In this document: positions 1-9,984 of the stretch, piece after piece
How positions within the stretch are numbered: the stretch's first letter is position 1
Layout of the letters: each line of letters begins with the position of its first letter
NCBI GenBank assembly: GCA_965219845.1
Contig: CBDCOP010000007.1
Span: 236,442 to 300,441, forward strand
Length of the DNA stretch: 64,000 nt
Origin: Dehalococcoidia bacterium
GTDB taxonomy: Bacteria; Chloroflexota; Dehalococcoidia; Lucifugimonadales; Australimonadaceae
Reading direction: 5' to 3'
Made by a program: the position numbers and the translations under genes
Notes under the pieces: generated by a model
Told to the model about the DNA's origin: nothing
Database searches by the model: none
Seen by the model: the letters and a program-made list of their open reading frames with translations, nothing else

Positions 1-1
1 G

Positions 2-985
2 GTCATCGTCGACACGTCGCGGGGCTACTCCATGCCCCCCCACAGCCGCGACGTGGGGATGGTTTTCCAGTCCTATGCCATCTGGCCCCACATGACGGTT
101 GAGGACAACGTCGGCTTCCCGTTGAAAGTCAGACGCGAGAAGAAGGCCGCGGTCAAGGAACGAGTGACCAAAGCGCTGGAACTGGTGGGACTCGCCGGCT
201 TGGAGAAGAGGCCGGCCCCGATGCTCAGCGGTGGACAGCAGCAACGAGTCGCTCTCGCTCGGGCGCTCATCTACGAGCCCAACGTGCTCCTGCTGGATGA
301 GCCTTTCAGCAATCTCGACGCAAAGCTTCGGGAACAGATGCGGTTGGAAGTCAAGCTGCTGCAGAGGAAGACCGGAGTCACCATCGTTTTCGTCACCCAC
401 GACCAGGTCGAGGCACTCAGCCTCTCCGACCGGATCGCCGTGATGGACCTGGGCGTTGTACAGCAGATCGGGACTCCACACGAGCTATATCAGAACCCGG
501 CGAACGCTTTCGTTCGCGACTTCCTGGGTAAGACGGTCCTCCTCACCGGTACCGTGAAGGTATCCAACCCTTCAGGCCAGGTTGCCGTGGAGATAGATGG
601 GGCGCCGGGGTCCGCGGTGTTCGGAAGGAGCTCCACTGCCGAAGAGTTGGGAGTCGGGCAGGCAGTCAACGTAGCGATGCGGCCGGAGGACGTGAAGCTC
701 ACTGCCAACGATGGGCGCCAGGAGCCATCGACCGGCCTGCCGGGAGTTATCGAAACCCAGCAGTTCGTCGGTGAGAGGACCGAATACCGAGTCAAGCTGA
801 GCGGGCAGCCTCCGCTGCTCGCGTATAGCGACTGGAGGCAGGCGTTCAGTGAAGGCGAAAGAGTATGGGTCAAGATCGAGGCTGATGCCGTGACGGTATG
901 GCCTGGCTGGGCTACGGCGACCCGCATCGAAAAAGACTCGGATGAACCTTCGCTGGCATCCGCGGAGGCGGCGGCAAAGGTGTAG
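2..985 (+). CDS. ABC transporter ATP-binding protein (PotA/FbpC-like), 5'-truncated by window edge
   Basis: LSGGQQQR signature, Walker B LLLDEP, H-loop VTHD, C-terminal TOBE-like region; frame open from base 2; Walker A lies outside the window. Confidence 0.93.
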   Translation, partial: VIVDTSRGYSMPPHSRDVGMVFQSYAIWPHMTVEDNVGFPLKVRREKKAAVKERVTKALELVGLAGLEKRPAPMLSGGQQQRVALARALIYEPNVLLLDEPFSNLDAKLREQMRLEVKLLQRKTGVTIVFVTHDQVEALSLSDRIAVMDLGVVQQIGTPHELYQNPANAFVRDFLGKTVLLTGTVKVSNPSGQVAVEIDGAPGSAVFGRSSTAEELGVGQAVNVAMRPEDVKLTANDGRQEPSTGLPGVIETQQFVGERTEYRVKLSGQPPLLAYSDWRQAFSEGERVWVKIEADAVTVWPGWATATRIEKDSDEPSLASAEAAAKV

Positions 986-1060
986 TGGCCGAAGCGACTT
1001 GCCACGCGAGGCAGGATATCTCGAGAGTTGAGAAGCACGAAAAAGCTTGGGAGGACAACG

Positions 1061-2236
1061 ATGAAGAGGCTGATTTCGGTTCTACTTGCAGGTGTGATCA
1101 GCATTCTGGCGCTAGGTGCTTGTGGCGCCGACCCCACAGCAACGCCGATACCCACGGCAACACCGATCCCGATGGAGCCCTGGGAGATTGAGTGGAACGA
1201 GGTCGTTGCAGCCGCGCAGGCTGAAGGAACAGTGAGTGTATGGGTGGGCGGGGGCGGCCAGGCAGCAGTCGACCACCTCAAGGGCGCGTTCGAGGCGGCG
1301 TACCCGGGGATCACCGTCGACCTCTTCCAGGCCGCACGCAGCTCGGAGCGGGACTCCCGGTATCTCGAGGAATGGCGAGCCGGCATCACCAACGTTGACT
1401 TGTTCAACGGCGGCTCCTCCGGCGGTGACGGCCGCTTGAAGCCTGCCGGGGCACTCCAACCGATAAGGCCCTTCTGGATACTCCCCGACTCGTTTGACGA
1501 AGCCAAATGGGAGAACGGGTACTTGTTCGTTGACATTGAGAAGCAGTACATGCTGATGGGCGGCGCTTCGGCGGCGCCTGCAGTCGCGATCGCCGATGGC
1601 GTGGACCCCAACAGCCTGCAGACATGGTCAGACCTTCTGAAACCCGAATTCCGAGGGCAGATCGTCATGAACGACCCACGCACGTCAGGGAATGGCGCCG
1701 CGCGAGCGGGCTTCTGGTTCTGCGCGCCCGACCCGCGGTGCTTTGAGCCGGTGATGCGTGACTTCATGGAGCAGCTCTTCAGGGAATCCGGCATAGTCCT
1801 CTCTGACGATGACCGAGCCAACCTCGACTCGATCATCAACGGCGAGAAGCTGGTCCTTATCAGCCCCGCGTCGGACGAGCTTCAACTGACCGACGAGATC
1901 GGTGCAACGCCTACCCTCATCCAAAAGCTGACGCTCCCGGACGGCAGTGACCTAGACCAGATCTCCGACAGTGCCGGCATCCTCTTCGTGCCGAACCATG
2001 ATCTCCCGCATCCGAATGCGGCCACGGTGTACATCAACTGGTTCTACTCGAAGGAAGGCCAGCAGGCGATGATCGACGCCCGTAACCAGCCCTCGACGAG
2101 GACCGATGTGGATAACTCCAACCTGCCCGAGTACGTTATCCCCTTCGCGCCGGCATACAGCGTCAACCAGACGATCCGTATGCTGAACATAGAAGGCGGG
2201 ACCCGGGAGAAAGTCGACGAGTGGCTGCCGCAGTAA
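1061..2236 (+). CDS. ABC transporter substrate-binding lipoprotein (Fe3+/thiamine/polyamine-type)
   Basis: GGGAGG SD; signal peptide with lipobox LGAC; PT linker; HPNAA..YINWFYSKEGQ motif. Confidence 0.88.
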   Translation: MKRLISVLLAGVISILALGACGADPTATPIPTATPIPMEPWEIEWNEVVAAAQAEGTVSVWVGGGGQAAVDHLKGAFEAAYPGITVDLFQAARSSERDSRYLEEWRAGITNVDLFNGGSSGGDGRLKPAGALQPIRPFWILPDSFDEAKWENGYLFVDIEKQYMLMGGASAAPAVAIADGVDPNSLQTWSDLLKPEFRGQIVMNDPRTSGNGAARAGFWFCAPDPRCFEPVMRDFMEQLFRESGIVLSDDDRANLDSIINGEKLVLISPASDELQLTDEIGATPTLIQKLTLPDGSDLDQISDSAGILFVPNHDLPHPNAATVYINWFYSKEGQQAMIDARNQPSTRTDVDNSNLPEYVIPFAPAYSVNQTIRMLNIEGGTREKVDEWLPQ

Positions 2237-2245
2237 GGCAGTAGT

Positions 2246-2286
2246 GGCCGGGGCAGGCCGCCGTGGAACGGCGGCCTGCCCCGGCC
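2246..2286 (+). terminator. 19-bp GC-rich hairpin after the SBP gene (mRNA stabiliser or attenuator)
   Basis: GGCCGGGGCAGGCCGCCGT-GGA-ACGGCGGCCTGCCCCGGCC perfect inverted repeat, no U-tract. Confidence 0.6.
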
Positions 2287-2353
2287 CGAACGATGCGGTT
2301 CCAGGAATCACTCATCCACAATTAGGTGGATGTCCCTGGGTATCGAGGGCTAA

Positions 2354-4081
2354 ATGGCTATCAATGCTGGAGCACTTCGAGGACGGCTGGATTGGACGGA
2401 CGCACGTAATCGTCCGAGCCCGCTTTGGCTGGTGCTCATCGGTTCGGCCATACTCGTTCTCGGTCCGATGAGCTTGCTCGTTTACATCAGCTTCGATGTG
2501 TCCGGCCCTCAGGAAGCCTATCGATTCGGTTTCACCCACTACCGGTCGGCGCTGGGCGATCCGGATGTCGGCCCTGCGTTGTGGAACACGCTCAGGATAG
2601 TTGGGACGCGCATGTCCATCGGCTTCGTCGTCGGCGTATTTCTCGCATGGCTGGTTACTCGTACGAACATCCCACACGCCAACTGGCTGGACTTCGGCAT
2701 GTGGATATCGTTCTTCATGCCAAGCCTGGCTGTCATCCAGGGTTGGACGTTCCTGTTCGGAGGCAACGCCGGCCTCGTCAACCAGTGGCTCGTCAGGCTG
2801 CCCTTCGTCGACGAGAGTCCCTTCGATGTCTACTCATTCTGGGGGGTGATCTGGGTACACCTGATGGCGCAGGTGCTTTCGACGCACTTCGTCCTATTCA
2901 CTCTCGCGTTCCGAAACATGGACGGCCAGCTGGAAGAGGCAGCCCGGGTATCGGGAGCGACCGTACCCGAGATGGCTCGTCGAGTGACCCTTCCCCTGTT
3001 CCGGCCCATCCTGGCCATGGTTGCGGTGCTCGCGATCATCCGGGGTATGCAGTCGTTCGAGATCGAGCGGATCCTGGGCGTACCTGCCGGGATCGACGTC
3101 TACGCCACGTTGCTGGTGACCATGATCAGCGACGAAGTGCCGCGCATCGAGGAAGGCGTCGTCTTATCCGTCGTCATCCTGACGATCCTGGTCCCGTTGA
3201 TATTCATCCAGCGTGTCTACGTTGGGAAGCGGCAATACACGACAGTCTCAAGCAGGATGAAGCCGACAACCACGAACCTCGGCCCATGGCGTTGGCCAGC
3301 TTTCAGCTTTGTCGCGGTGACTATAGCCCTGCTGACAATCGCTCCGTTTATCTCCCTGGTCGCTGGAAGCCTGATGACCCGCTGGGGCTTCTTCCATATA
3401 GACCAGGTCTGGACACTGAAGCATTGGGCTGCTGTCTTCTCCAACGACCAATTCGTGAATGCATTCTTCACGACGATACGGCTGGGTGTGATCGCCGGGT
3501 TCGTGAGCATGGTGGTGCTCTTCGTCATCGCTTACGTTCTGGTGCGAACGAAGTTCCGCGGCAACCCCACGCTGGACTTCATAGCCTGGCTTCCGTGGGC
3601 ATTGCCCGGCGTGCTGCTCAGCCTGGGGATACTGATGATTGTGCTGAGGATACCGCTGCTGCATTTCCTCCACGGCACTTCGTTCGTCCTGATCCTGGCG
3701 CTGCTGCTGTTCCGCTTCCCGATCGGGGTGCACCTGCTGCGTACCGGCATGATGCAGGTGAGCAAGGAGTTGGAGGAGGCGGGACAGATAGCAGGCGCAC
3801 GGTGGTGGTACGTCCAGTTGAAGATCGTGCGACCGATCCTGATGCCGATGCTGTTGGGCGTGGGGTTGATATCGTTCATCGCGACGCTCAACGAGGTGAG
3901 CGGCGTGATCCTGCTTGCATCGACACAGACGAAGACGCTGTCACTGTTGACATTGGACTACCTCATCGGAGCCGGCGGTTCGAAGGAGGCGGCGTCGGTG
4001 ATCACGGTAGTCATCGTGTTGCTTGCGTTCCTGGCGGTAGTGGTGGGGCGTCGATTCGGGCTCAAACTGAACACCCAATAG
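2354..4081 (+). CDS. ABC transporter permease, fused double domain (FbpB-like)
   Basis: Two EAA motifs (LEEAARVSGA, LEEAGQIAGA); many hydrophobic segments. Confidence 0.92.
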   Translation: MAINAGALRGRLDWTDARNRPSPLWLVLIGSAILVLGPMSLLVYISFDVSGPQEAYRFGFTHYRSALGDPDVGPALWNTLRIVGTRMSIGFVVGVFLAWLVTRTNIPHANWLDFGMWISFFMPSLAVIQGWTFLFGGNAGLVNQWLVRLPFVDESPFDVYSFWGVIWVHLMAQVLSTHFVLFTLAFRNMDGQLEEAARVSGATVPEMARRVTLPLFRPILAMVAVLAIIRGMQSFEIERILGVPAGIDVYATLLVTMISDEVPRIEEGVVLSVVILTILVPLIFIQRVYVGKRQYTTVSSRMKPTTTNLGPWRWPAFSFVAVTIALLTIAPFISLVAGSLMTRWGFFHIDQVWTLKHWAAVFSNDQFVNAFFTTIRLGVIAGFVSMVVLFVIAYVLVRTKFRGNPTLDFIAWLPWALPGVLLSLGILMIVLRIPLLHFLHGTSFVLILALLLFRFPIGVHLLRTGMMQVSKELEEAGQIAGARWWYVQLKIVRPILMPMLLGVGLISFIATLNEVSGVILLASTQTKTLSLLTLDYLIGAGGSKEAASVITVVIVLLAFLAVVVGRRFGLKLNTQ

Positions 4082-4204
4082 TGCCGACGCATACCGCCGC
4101 AGCCGGCACATGAGCAGAGCGAGTACCCTTGACGAGAGACGAGCGAGCCAGCGGGCCTGTCGCAGCATCGAGCGCCTTGAAACGAGCGTCTCTGGAGGTG
4201 GATT

Positions 4205-5173
4205 ATGCCTATCGGATTGGGTTTAGCGTCGAGCCACAACGGCTTCGTAATCACGAAGACGGCCGAGGGCTGGCAGAATTACTACCAGGTGCTCATCCGC
4301 AATACGCCGCAGCCTGCGTCGGCTGCACTGGAGACGGCGACGGTCCTCGAGGACTACATCCACCGAGTCGACGCGGCCTTCGCGGAGCTCCGCGAGCAGA
4401 TCCGCCAGTACGACCCGGAGCTGATCATCGTGATCGGGGGAGACCAGAGCGAGACGTTCGACCGGACCAACGTTCCCAACCTGATGATGTATCTCGGGGA
4501 CGAGATGTGGGGACACAGCACCCGGATGGGCCAGGAGCCGAGCGAGGAGACAGAGGTCCACCTCAAGGTGGACGTGGAGACGTCGCGAATGCTGCTTGAA
4601 CAGCTCGTGACCCGGGAGGGGTTCGACATCGCATTCAGCACCCTGCAGCGCCCACTGGGGAATGCTGTCCGCACGGGTCGCAACATGTCGCACGCGTTCT
4701 CTCGGCCGGTCCCGTTCCTCATTCAACGCTCCGACCTGCCGATGGTGTTGATCTTCGAGAACACGTACGACCCGCCTTCACTGTCGGCGACACGCTGCTA
4801 TGACCTCGGGCAGGCCCTGGCCCGGCTGCTGAGGGATGATCCACGCCGCATCGCCATCTTCGGCTCCGGCGGCCTCTCCCATGATCCTGGTGGGCCCCGC
4901 TCCGGATGGGTCGATGAGCCGCTGGACCGGTGGGTGCTCAAGCAGTTCGCGTCGGGCAACGGCGCGGCAACCAGGGACCTGTACCGGTTCGACTCGCTCA
5001 CGATGCGCAGTGGCACCGGCGAGATCCGCGCCTGGGTAACCGTGGCGGGCGCGATGGAAAGCATCGGGGCGCACGCTGAGGTGGTCGAATACATCCCGGC
5101 GAACCATGCCGTGACCGGTCTCGGGTTCGCGTATTGGAAACCTGCGCCCATACCGGTTGGCGTCGGGAGTTGA
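4205..5173 (+). CDS. Class III extradiol ring-cleavage dioxygenase (LigB/DesZ-like)
   Basis: N-terminal ASSH, GGDQ.E, SHAF, GSGGLSH and GEIRAW motifs; GGAGG SD. Confidence 0.85.
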   Translation: MPIGLGLASSHNGFVITKTAEGWQNYYQVLIRNTPQPASAALETATVLEDYIHRVDAAFAELREQIRQYDPELIIVIGGDQSETFDRTNVPNLMMYLGDEMWGHSTRMGQEPSEETEVHLKVDVETSRMLLEQLVTREGFDIAFSTLQRPLGNAVRTGRNMSHAFSRPVPFLIQRSDLPMVLIFENTYDPPSLSATRCYDLGQALARLLRDDPRRIAIFGSGGLSHDPGGPRSGWVDEPLDRWVLKQFASGNGAATRDLYRFDSLTMRSGTGEIRAWVTVAGAMESIGAHAEVVEYIPANHAVTGLGFAYWKPAPIPVGVGS

Positions 5174-5177
5174 AGCC

Positions 5178-5912
5178 GTGAACGACAACAAGATTGCCAT
5201 AGTCACCGGAGGCGGGTACGGCATCGGGCGAGGCGTCGTATTGGCGCTCGCGAAGTCGGGCTGGACGCCTGTCGTCTACGAGCTGAATGAGGAGCGGGCC
5301 CAGCGGACCCGAGATCTGGTGATGGAAGCCGGCGGCCGCTGCGAGATATTCCAGGGCGACGTCACCGACTGGGAGCGCGTCCAGGAGGGTGTTGCGTACG
5401 TGATGGACGAGTTCGGTCGGCTCGACGGCCTCGTCAACAACGCGGGGGCCCGGTACGCGGGATCGGTGCTGGACGTCACCGAGGAACAGTGGGACTTCAC
5501 CGTGAACATCGTGCTGAAGGGGCCCTTCCTGATGTGCAAGGCGGTGATACCCCACATGATCAGCGCCGGGGGAGGATCGATCGTCAATATCTCGTCAGGC
5601 GACTCCTACGGGAGGAAGGGGATGATTCCGTACGCCGCCGCGAAAGGCGGGATCAACACCCTCACCTTATGCCTGGCAGCAGACCACCTGGAGCACCACA
5701 TCAGGGTCAACGCGGTGCTCCCGGGTTTCACCGTCACGGGCATGACCGAACACTACGCACCCGAACGCCTGGCAGCGTCGGGAGCGCGCCTGGTGGCTGC
5801 CCGGCCCGGGCAGCCCGAGGACGTGGCCAACATGGTGGAGTTCCTCATGTCGGACAAGGCCGAAACCATAACGGGAGCGATCTTCGGGGGCCTCCCGCTG
5901 GCGAACCGTTAG
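5178..5912 (+). CDS. SDR family oxidoreductase
   Basis: TGGGYGIG, NNAG, YAAAK motifs; GTG start assumed. Confidence 0.92.
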   Translation: MNDNKIAIVTGGGYGIGRGVVLALAKSGWTPVVYELNEERAQRTRDLVMEAGGRCEIFQGDVTDWERVQEGVAYVMDEFGRLDGLVNNAGARYAGSVLDVTEEQWDFTVNIVLKGPFLMCKAVIPHMISAGGGSIVNISSGDSYGRKGMIPYAAAKGGINTLTLCLAADHLEHHIRVNAVLPGFTVTGMTEHYAPERLAASGARLVAARPGQPEDVANMVEFLMSDKAETITGAIFGGLPLANR

Positions 5913-6028
5913 GCTGCGTCCCTGCACAGACCGTCTCGCTGCCCGCGAGGGCAGATGGAGCCGCCCGGATAGCGGTGACCCCGTTTGGCGCTACGCAAGC
6001 CCCATGGATGAGCGATTGGTCAAGATAC

Positions 6029-7480
6029 ATGCGCGCGAGGCTCGAATTCACCCCACGGAGCAAAGCGCTCGTCCTGCTGATGATGTTTCAGTCCACGATG
6101 CACATCGGCACGACGGCCGGGTTGAACGTGGCGTTGCCCCAGATGGTCGAGGACTTCAACGCGGACGTTGGCATCGTGGTCTGGGTGCAGGTGGCGTACG
6201 GAGTGGGGCTGATCGGGACAGCGTTGCCCCTGGGCCTGTTGATCTCTCACTTCGAGCCTCGGCGCGTCATCGTATTCAGCCAGGTCTTCGAGTTGGCGGT
6301 CTGCCTGGTGATAGCGCTGACGCCGAACGTCTACGGCGTGATCGTGCTGCGGGTGCTCCAAGCCTCGGTCCGCTCCCTGCCATGGCTGAGCCTCCAGATG
6401 CTCAGCATCGGCCAGTTCCCCCCAGAACAACGCGGCCGAGTCCTCGCCGTAACCACCTTCGCCGTGGGCGCGTCGATGCTGGTGTCGCCGCCGTTGGTCG
6501 GTCTCGTCACCGACCGATGGGACTGGCGCTGGGTATTCGTCGGAACAGGCCTGGTGATGGGGCTGATCGGCGTGCTCGCGGCTTCCTGGCTCAAACCGTC
6601 GGGAGTGGAGCGCCCTCCGATACGAGAGCGGCTGGCAGGTTTCGACCTGTTGGGCAGTCTCTTGCTGATGGCCGGAGCGGTCGGCCTGATCGTCGCCCTC
6701 CAGTTGACCATCCGCGTGTCGCTGGGACTTGGCCTGGGCATCGCCGCTTTGTCAGTGCTGGCGCTGGCCGGTTCAGTGCGCGTGGAGATGCGGCACCCGG
6801 ACCCGGTGATCCCCATCCGGCTCTTCCGCATCCCAGGTGTTTTCCTGGGCGCGAGCCAGGCAGTCATGATGGGATGGGTAACCGGTGCGTTCCTGTTGAT
6901 CCTTCCATTCCTCTTCATCAACGGGTACGGATGGTCGGCGGCCTACGCCGGGAGCATCCTCTTCTTCGTCAGCGCCGCGAGGCCACCAGGGAGCTTCGTG
7001 TCCGGGTGGCTCTCGGACCGGTTGGGGAGCACTGCGATCGTCATCCCCGCCGCGGCGTGCATCGTTGCAGCCCAACTGTTCATCGCGACGCTTGGGCTCG
7101 CGCCCTGGCTCGTGCTCATCATCGTCGGCGTGCTGGTCGTCGGTTTCGCACAGGCGATAGGTCAGACGGCCAACCTGAGACAGATGTACGCGTCCGTGCC
7201 CCAGGAGACGCTCCGGCTCGCTCCCGGGTTGAACGTCGTGCTGATGTCCCTGGGCAGCACTACCGCGCAGGCGGTCGTCGCATCCACCATCGCCGCAGCG
7301 ACGATCACCGTCGGGGGCGGAGGCAGCCCGGACCTCGTGAGTGCAGCGTCGCGGGCCATAGTCATGACGACCGCCGTGTACGGATTCGGGATGGTGGCAA
7401 GCCAATTGTGGCCGAGGTTCGCCATGAGGCGAGCTGCGACGGCCGAAGAGGTAAGTGAGAAGCCAGGCCGCTCCGATTGA
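6029..7480 (+). CDS. MFS transporter (DHA2/EmrB-like, about 14 TM)
   Basis: LNVALPQM, FPPEQRGR, GWLSDRLG motifs; start may instead be 6008. Confidence 0.85.
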   Translation: MRARLEFTPRSKALVLLMMFQSTMHIGTTAGLNVALPQMVEDFNADVGIVVWVQVAYGVGLIGTALPLGLLISHFEPRRVIVFSQVFELAVCLVIALTPNVYGVIVLRVLQASVRSLPWLSLQMLSIGQFPPEQRGRVLAVTTFAVGASMLVSPPLVGLVTDRWDWRWVFVGTGLVMGLIGVLAASWLKPSGVERPPIRERLAGFDLLGSLLLMAGAVGLIVALQLTIRVSLGLGLGIAALSVLALAGSVRVEMRHPDPVIPIRLFRIPGVFLGASQAVMMGWVTGAFLLILPFLFINGYGWSAAYAGSILFFVSAARPPGSFVSGWLSDRLGSTAIVIPAAACIVAAQLFIATLGLAPWLVLIIVGVLVVGFAQAIGQTANLRQMYASVPQETLRLAPGLNVVLMSLGSTTAQAVVASTIAAATITVGGGGSPDLVSAASRAIVMTTAVYGFGMVASQLWPRFAMRRAATAEEVSEKPGRSD

Positions 7481-7537
7481 GCGAGCCTGCACTGCGCAGT
7501 ATGATACGGACAGCAAAGAGTAGGTCGGGAGGGCATC

Positions 7538-8494
7538 ATGGCACGTCTAACGGCAGGTATGGCATCTTCCCACGCTTTCGCGCTGCGAAACCCGCAGGAC
7601 TGGGACGAAGGTCGGACGAAGAACAGGAAGGGTTACGAGCGCCAGTACGGCACACTCCCGCCCGAACATCCGAAGACCGCCGCTGAGACGGACTCGGACG
7701 TGGAACAGCGCTATGCCGACATCTCCGGCGCTCTGGACAATCTGGGGGCAGAGATCGCCCGACAGTCCCCCGACGTTCTGATCGTCGTAGGCGACGACCA
7801 GAACGAACTGTTCTTCGATCAGTCCCCCCAGCTTGCCATCTACAAGGGAGGGCCTTTCGTCGTGCCTCCTCGTGACGACCAGACGGAGGAGATCACCTAC
7901 CAGGGAGCGCCCGAGCTGGCCAGCGCCATACTCAATGAAGCGGTTGAGTCCGGCATCGACCTCGCGTTCGTCAACAAGTTCCCCCGCGACCTGCTGGTCT
8001 CACATGCGTTCGGTCCAGTGCTGTTCAGGATCGCTACGCCTACTGTGCCGGTGATTCCGGTATTCGTGAATGCCGTGAACCACCCCGGGCCTTCGCCGAG
8101 CCGGTGCATCAAGTTGGGCGAGGCGATCCGGCGCGCCGTCGACAATTTCCCCGGCGACCAGCGCGTAGTGATCTGCGGCAGTGGCGGGCTCTCCCACTTC
8201 ACCGCGGGATACCCCTACAGCGCGGGGAACTTCCAGTACAACGCGATCGACATCGACTTCGACCGCAGGAACGTGGAACTCATGCGGGAGGGTCGCACAC
8301 GGGAGTTCGAGCAGCTGACCATCCGGGACCTGGTCGATGCCGGGAATATCGAATTCCGGTCCTGGCTGGTGATGCTCGGCGCCATTGGGTCAGTCAAGCC
8401 CAACTTCATCGTGTATCAGCCCTTCCACCGCGGCCTCATGGGGATGGGGGTTGGCTTGTGGCGGATCGAAGAACGCGAGGCGGCGTTAGCTTGA
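7538..8494 (+). CDS. Class III extradiol dioxygenase (MhpB/LigB-like)
   Basis: ASSH, GDDQNE, SHAF, GSGGLSH, EFRSW motifs. Confidence 0.87.
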   Translation: MARLTAGMASSHAFALRNPQDWDEGRTKNRKGYERQYGTLPPEHPKTAAETDSDVEQRYADISGALDNLGAEIARQSPDVLIVVGDDQNELFFDQSPQLAIYKGGPFVVPPRDDQTEEITYQGAPELASAILNEAVESGIDLAFVNKFPRDLLVSHAFGPVLFRIATPTVPVIPVFVNAVNHPGPSPSRCIKLGEAIRRAVDNFPGDQRVVICGSGGLSHFTAGYPYSAGNFQYNAIDIDFDRRNVELMREGRTREFEQLTIRDLVDAGNIEFRSWLVMLGAIGSVKPNFIVYQPFHRGLMGMGVGLWRIEEREAALA

Positions 8495-8639
8495 GTAACG
8501 ATACGCGCGACTCTGGGCGGGGCCTGGTACACCCAAAGCGCTGGACATCGGCGTCGAACAAGCCCTTGTTGCGTTATGATGGTCACCGATGGCTGCATCC
8601 GCGACGATGTGTAACTATGTTTAGACGCAGGGAGGCCCA

Positions 8640-9959
8640 ATGACTACATCTCTCCCAGACGCGCACGACCTGGTGGATTTCGATCAGGGACTCGTCAGCC
8701 GGAAGATCTTCTCCGACCCCGACATCTACCGGCTGGAGCTGGAGCAGATCTTCGCACGCTGCTGGCTCTACCTGGGCCACGAGTCCCAACTCCCCAATCC
8801 CGGCGATTACATCAACGTGTTCATGGGTGAAGAGCCCGTGCTCGTCGTCCGGAACCGCCAGGGCAAGCTCAACGCCTTCATCAACAGTTGCCGCCATCGG
8901 GGCAACCGTGTCTGCCGGGCGGACGCCGGCAACACGGCTTCCTTCCTGTGCACCTACCACGGCTGGACGTACGACCTGGACGGGAAGCTGATCGGGGTAC
9001 CGGGGCACCAGGAGCTGTACCACGGCGAGTTGAACCGCGAACAGTGGGGGTTGGCGCACGTTGCCCAGGTGGCCAGCTACGGTGGGCTGATCTTCGGCAC
9101 GTTCGACCCGGACGCGCCGTCACTGGACGAGTACCTGGGCGACATGCGGTGGGGCCTGGACCTGCTGGTGGGCCAGGGCGACATGGTGGCCGTGCCCGGC
9201 GTCATCCGTTGGCAGATGAACGTCAATTGGAAGTTCGCCGCCGACAACGCCATCGGCGATAACTACCATGGCATCACCCACATCTCCTCGCAGATTGCCG
9301 GGCACTCCAGCGCGGAAGGGACCCGTAGAGGAGCCGGTCTGCGCAAGGCGGGCGAACGGACCGGCTTCTCCGTAGTTACGGAGTACGGCCACGGGTTCAA
9401 CGCCGACTACATCAACGAAAACACGTTCAACTGGGACTCCCCAGGCGCCTATTGGCGTAAGGACCCCGAGGTACAGAGGTTCATGGGGCCCCTCAGGAAT
9501 CGGGTCAACCGGACGAACCAGAATGTGTTCCCGAACCTGTTTGTCAACTCAGGCTCACGGGAGTTGATGCTCCGTAATCCGCTGGGGCCTACGAAGATGG
9601 AGATATGGAAGACTATGTTGATTGACCGCAATGGGCCCATGGACTCACGCCGCATGATGATGCGAGGAGCAAATCGGCACTTCGGTCCTGCTGGCATGTT
9701 CGAGCAGGACGATGGCGAGAACTGGGACCAGAGCACCTACGGGACGCGCGGTTTCGTCTCCCGGCAGTACGACCTCAACTACAGCATGGCCATCGGTCAC
9801 GGCGAGCTCATTGTCGATGAGCTAGGCCCGCCACGCATTGAGTCCCTCTCGAATGAACACTGCCAGCTGTGGCATTACCGGTGCTGGGCCGAGTACATGG
9901 CTGCGCCTAGTTGGAAAGATCTGATGGCCAATCACTCCAAGCCGGTTGGCGTCCTCTAG
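8640..9959 (+). CDS. Rieske ring-hydroxylating oxygenase alpha subunit (copy 1)
   Basis: CRH...CTYH Rieske motif; NWK..DN..D.YH..TH and DDGENW mononuclear Fe motifs. Confidence 0.95.
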   Translation: MTTSLPDAHDLVDFDQGLVSRKIFSDPDIYRLELEQIFARCWLYLGHESQLPNPGDYINVFMGEEPVLVVRNRQGKLNAFINSCRHRGNRVCRADAGNTASFLCTYHGWTYDLDGKLIGVPGHQELYHGELNREQWGLAHVAQVASYGGLIFGTFDPDAPSLDEYLGDMRWGLDLLVGQGDMVAVPGVIRWQMNVNWKFAADNAIGDNYHGITHISSQIAGHSSAEGTRRGAGLRKAGERTGFSVVTEYGHGFNADYINENTFNWDSPGAYWRKDPEVQRFMGPLRNRVNRTNQNVFPNLFVNSGSRELMLRNPLGPTKMEIWKTMLIDRNGPMDSRRMMMRGANRHFGPAGMFEQDDGENWDQSTYGTRGFVSRQYDLNYSMAIGHGELIVDELGPPRIESLSNEHCQLWHYRCWAEYMAAPSWKDLMANHSKPVGVL

Positions 9960-9984
9960 GCGGAGACGGGAAGAGAGACCAAGC